Shown: one piece after another, positions 61,418 to 64,000 of the stretch
Position numbering within the stretch: the stretch's first letter is position 1
Layout: every line of letters begins with the position of its first letter
NCBI GenBank assembly: GCA_001179505.1
Contig: CDMY01000354.1
Span: 40,651-104,650, forward strand
From: Vitrella brassicaformis CCMP3155
Lineage: Eukaryota; Protista; Chromerida
Length of the DNA stretch: 64,000 nucleotides
Direction: 5' to 3'
The notes under the pieces: model-generated
Told to the model about the DNA's origin: nothing
Seen by the model: the letters and a program-made list of their open reading frames with translations, nothing else
The model's database searches: none
Made by a program: the position numbers and the translations under genes

Positions 61418-63703
61418 TCACTGGATGCTGTCCTCCGATAGCGTCTCGTCACCACTACTGTCGTTGCTGTCGGTGCCATCAGAGCCGACGTCGGTGTAAT
61501 TGTCGATGTCAAACAAGATGTTCCAGTGAATGGCGAGAATGACCCTCGACTGAAGCAACATCACACAGACAACATCCACCAGACGCGACAACAGCCGTGC
61601 ATTTGGAAAGACATATCACGCAGACGGACCCGAAGTCGTGTGTCTTCGTCGGCATGGTGGGCCAGCTGCGAAATTCTCCTCTGTCCGTCAGCCTGCACAC
61701 ACAAGAGGCCGACAAGCAGATGTTTGTTTTCGGCTCTCTCTATCGCCTGTGTGTGACTCACCTGTTGTATGAGATTGCGGTAGGGGTTCTGTGCGAGGCC
61801 GTCGCGCATCTGCACCTGGTGACCCACACTGCACAGAACCACAACACACTTGTTGCTCATGGCACAGATGCGTTGTTGTGTCGTGACAGGAAGGATACAT
61901 TAGCAGGTTCTGGATTGCTTTGAGCACCCTGGTGAGTATGGCGACCTCAGTGTTGTCGTCGAGTAGATCACACAGCGGCCCGACGCAACCGCAACTAACC
62001 AAATACTCAACCTGAACAGCAATAACGACAGACAGCAGTGCAGGATGCCGTAAGCTGCTCTCCTGGTCCATCTGCTGCTGCGATCCTTGTCTCATCCCAT
62101 TGATGACGGCCCACAGTGCCTCTCGCTTGACGCTCGGCTCATCAGTGGTGGCCATGGTGATCAGTTGCGGCACCACATCACCATCGATGACCGCCTGCCG
62201 CTGCTCACCCGAACCTAACCAGACAGAGATGCGCCGTTGTCCCCAATGTGTTGTTTGTGTGTACGCGTCTTCCTGCCTTCATGGACCTACCTGCCATGAT
62301 GTTGGAGATCGCCCAACAGGCCTCCCTGCAGATATTCTGCCTGGGTGACGACAGCAATGCCTTCAGTGCAGGAATGGCACCACACTCGATGACGGCCTGT
62401 GTCTGCACAGCATTACCTGAGGCTCCCCAGACAAACAGACACACCAACATCAGCGCATCTAAATCTCTCTCGTCAGCCCAGCCCTCCGTGTGTGCATGTG
62501 TGTACCCGCCGCGATGTTGCCCACAGCACGTAATGCAGGCACCTGAATCTCATTGCTGTGGTGGCCCATCAGCTCCACCAATCGGCCGCACACACCACTG
62601 TCGAGAATCACCTCGATGCCCTCGTCGCCTGCCCCGTTTGTGAAGTGCGACAGCACCCTGCATCCCCGTCTGAGCACTTCAGCGTCTTGTTCAGGCGTCC
62701 TGATGAGCTCTGCCACCACCGACACCACTTTCGACACCAACTCGAAGGGGCGAGGGGGCTTCTGGCTGAGGTTCGAGAGTGCCCAGGTAGCGGTGCGCAT
62801 CATTGATACATTCTCGCTCTCATGACGCAGCACCTTGACCAGTGGCTCCATGACGCCCGCCTCCAGCACCAGGTCGCAGGAAGATGAGGCATCCCCCGCA
62901 ATGGCGTTTGGCCCGTCGCCGGCGATGTTGCCCAAGGCCCAAAGAGCCTGGTGGCGCACATCATCATCAGGGGACGACAGCAGCTGCACGAGGGGCGGGA
63001 CGGCACCCGCATCAACGACGGCCTTCGTCTGTTCCGAAGTGCCCGAGGCGATGTTGGTCAGCGCCCACGCAGCCTCGTATTGCACCTTCGGCCGGCTTGA
63101 GTCGCCGAGAACGGCCACCAGTGGCTGAATGACGCCCGCGTCGATGGCCTCCTGGATGGGCGGCTCGAATGTGGTGCACAGCAGCGTGTGGACTGCCGTG
63201 GCGGCCTCCTGTTGGATGGCTGCATCGCCGCTGTCGAGTCCGACGGCAATGACGGCCAGAAGAGATTCGCTGACACCATTCATAAGCCCGTTTCGGGAGC
63301 AGACGATGCTGCAGAGGGCACTCGCCACGTAGACGCGCACATCGAGATGCGGGGACGAGAGCTGTTGCAAGAGAGCGGCCACTGCAGCAGCGTGCTCAAT
63401 GACGACGTCAGCCTCAGCCGCAGCGATGGCGGCCAGGCATTTGGCGGCCTCGATGGCCGTCCAACGGCAAGAGCTGCTGAGAAGTCTGACCAGCACCGGG
63501 ATCAGTGTGGCGTCGCCAGCCGCCACGACGTTCTCATCGCCTTCAGCCACAGTCAGTCGTCGGTGCAGCTCGCGGAGGGCATTGATCTTGCTCAGGGAAA
63601 AGTGGCTCGAAAGACGCTTGATGAGTTGAGGAGTGGTCAGCTGCGTGAGGTCCGGCCATATGAACGACCAAACGGTCGCCCAGACGGCACTGAAGAACGA
63701 CAT
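61418..63703 (-). CDS. Importin-alpha-like armadillo-repeat protein lacking an IBB domain, multi-exon
   Basis: PPIQEAIDAGVI, EAAWALTNIASGTSEQT, QALWALGNIAGDG, TATWALSNL, EACWAISNIMAG, EALWAVING, NPYRNLIQQ, acidic tail. No Arg-rich IBB segment at the N-terminus. Confidence 0.85.
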
Positions 63704-64000
63704 CACTCTGAGGCCGAAAGGTGCGTATGAGTCCGTCAGTCGTCGTCAACCGCTGATCTGCCCGGATCTTGACGAGGCGATTTGGCGATGATGATGTAAG
63801 AATAGGGGGGAGAGAGTCGGGGAGAATGGTGAAGAGAGGATCTGCCGGGCGGTCAGTCCCGGATAAAGGATTAAGTCAATGCAACGTAAGGTCTGTGGAT
63901 TTTGTGGAGAGTCCACGTAGGACATGTAGTATGCGTCAGTCCATCCTGTCTGACGTCCTGTCCGCCATGGCCTGTCTCATGGAACGGACAAAGACTCAAC

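Noticed and set aside
1-64000. Hundreds of overlapping or antisense ORFs in the six-frame track (e.g. 35783-36469 +, 41608-42303 +, 47333-48085 +)
   Set aside because: High GC makes stop codons rare. These are shadows of the real spliced genes and show no family motifs.
1-64000. ORFs rich in CVCVCV, HTHTHT, RERERE or DRQTDRQ
   Set aside because: They are translations of intronic (TG)n, (CA)n, (GA)n and (CAGA)n microsatellites.
1-64000. CRISPR array, rRNA, tRNA, telomeric repeats, transposase or reverse transcriptase
   Set aside because: I saw no regularly spaced repeat-spacer structure, tRNA-like arms, rRNA signatures or TE domains by eye. tRNAscan-SE, Infernal and RepeatModeler would be needed to exclude small or degenerate elements.

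Overview
This is eukaryotic, GC-rich, intron-dense nuclear DNA with short introns full of (TG)n, (GGAT)n and (CAGA)n repeats. It is most consistent with a chromerid alveolate such as Vitrella brassicaformis. That identification is an inference from intron style, an apicomplexan-type QCR8 and a kelch-type outer-arm dynein. I hand-spliced 14 genes, in order: 5'-truncated 1,3-beta-glucan/callose synthase (+); a head-to-head pair of GH26 glycoside hydrolases, one secreted (-) and one GPI-anchored (+); secreted arylsulfotransferase (+); standalone PARP-type Zn-finger protein (-); RPL28 (+); frataxin (-); an orphan gene (+); membrane-anchored copper amine oxidase (-); QCR8 (+); a helical-repeat/RAP-like protein (+); kelch-IPT-filamin axonemal dynein heavy chain (-); a CHORD-only protein (+); MER3/HFM1 helicase (+); and an importin-alpha-like ARM protein lacking an IBB domain (-). 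That list names 15 loci if the two GH26 genes are counted separately. There are three 300-N gaps. I recognised no rRNA, tRNA, CRISPR array or transposon. Four observations stand out. (1) A candidate cell-wall polysaccharide locus: synthase, two GH26 enzymes and a sulfotransferase. (2) A 101-bp, 92%-identical, in-frame inverted repeat bracketing both GH26 start codons, which could invert and swap their N-termini. (3) Two homologous introns at unrelated exon sites. (4) A recurrent AGCTCGC motif in short bidirectional promoters. Gene coordinates are whole-gene spans including introns, and exon models are unverified manual predictions.
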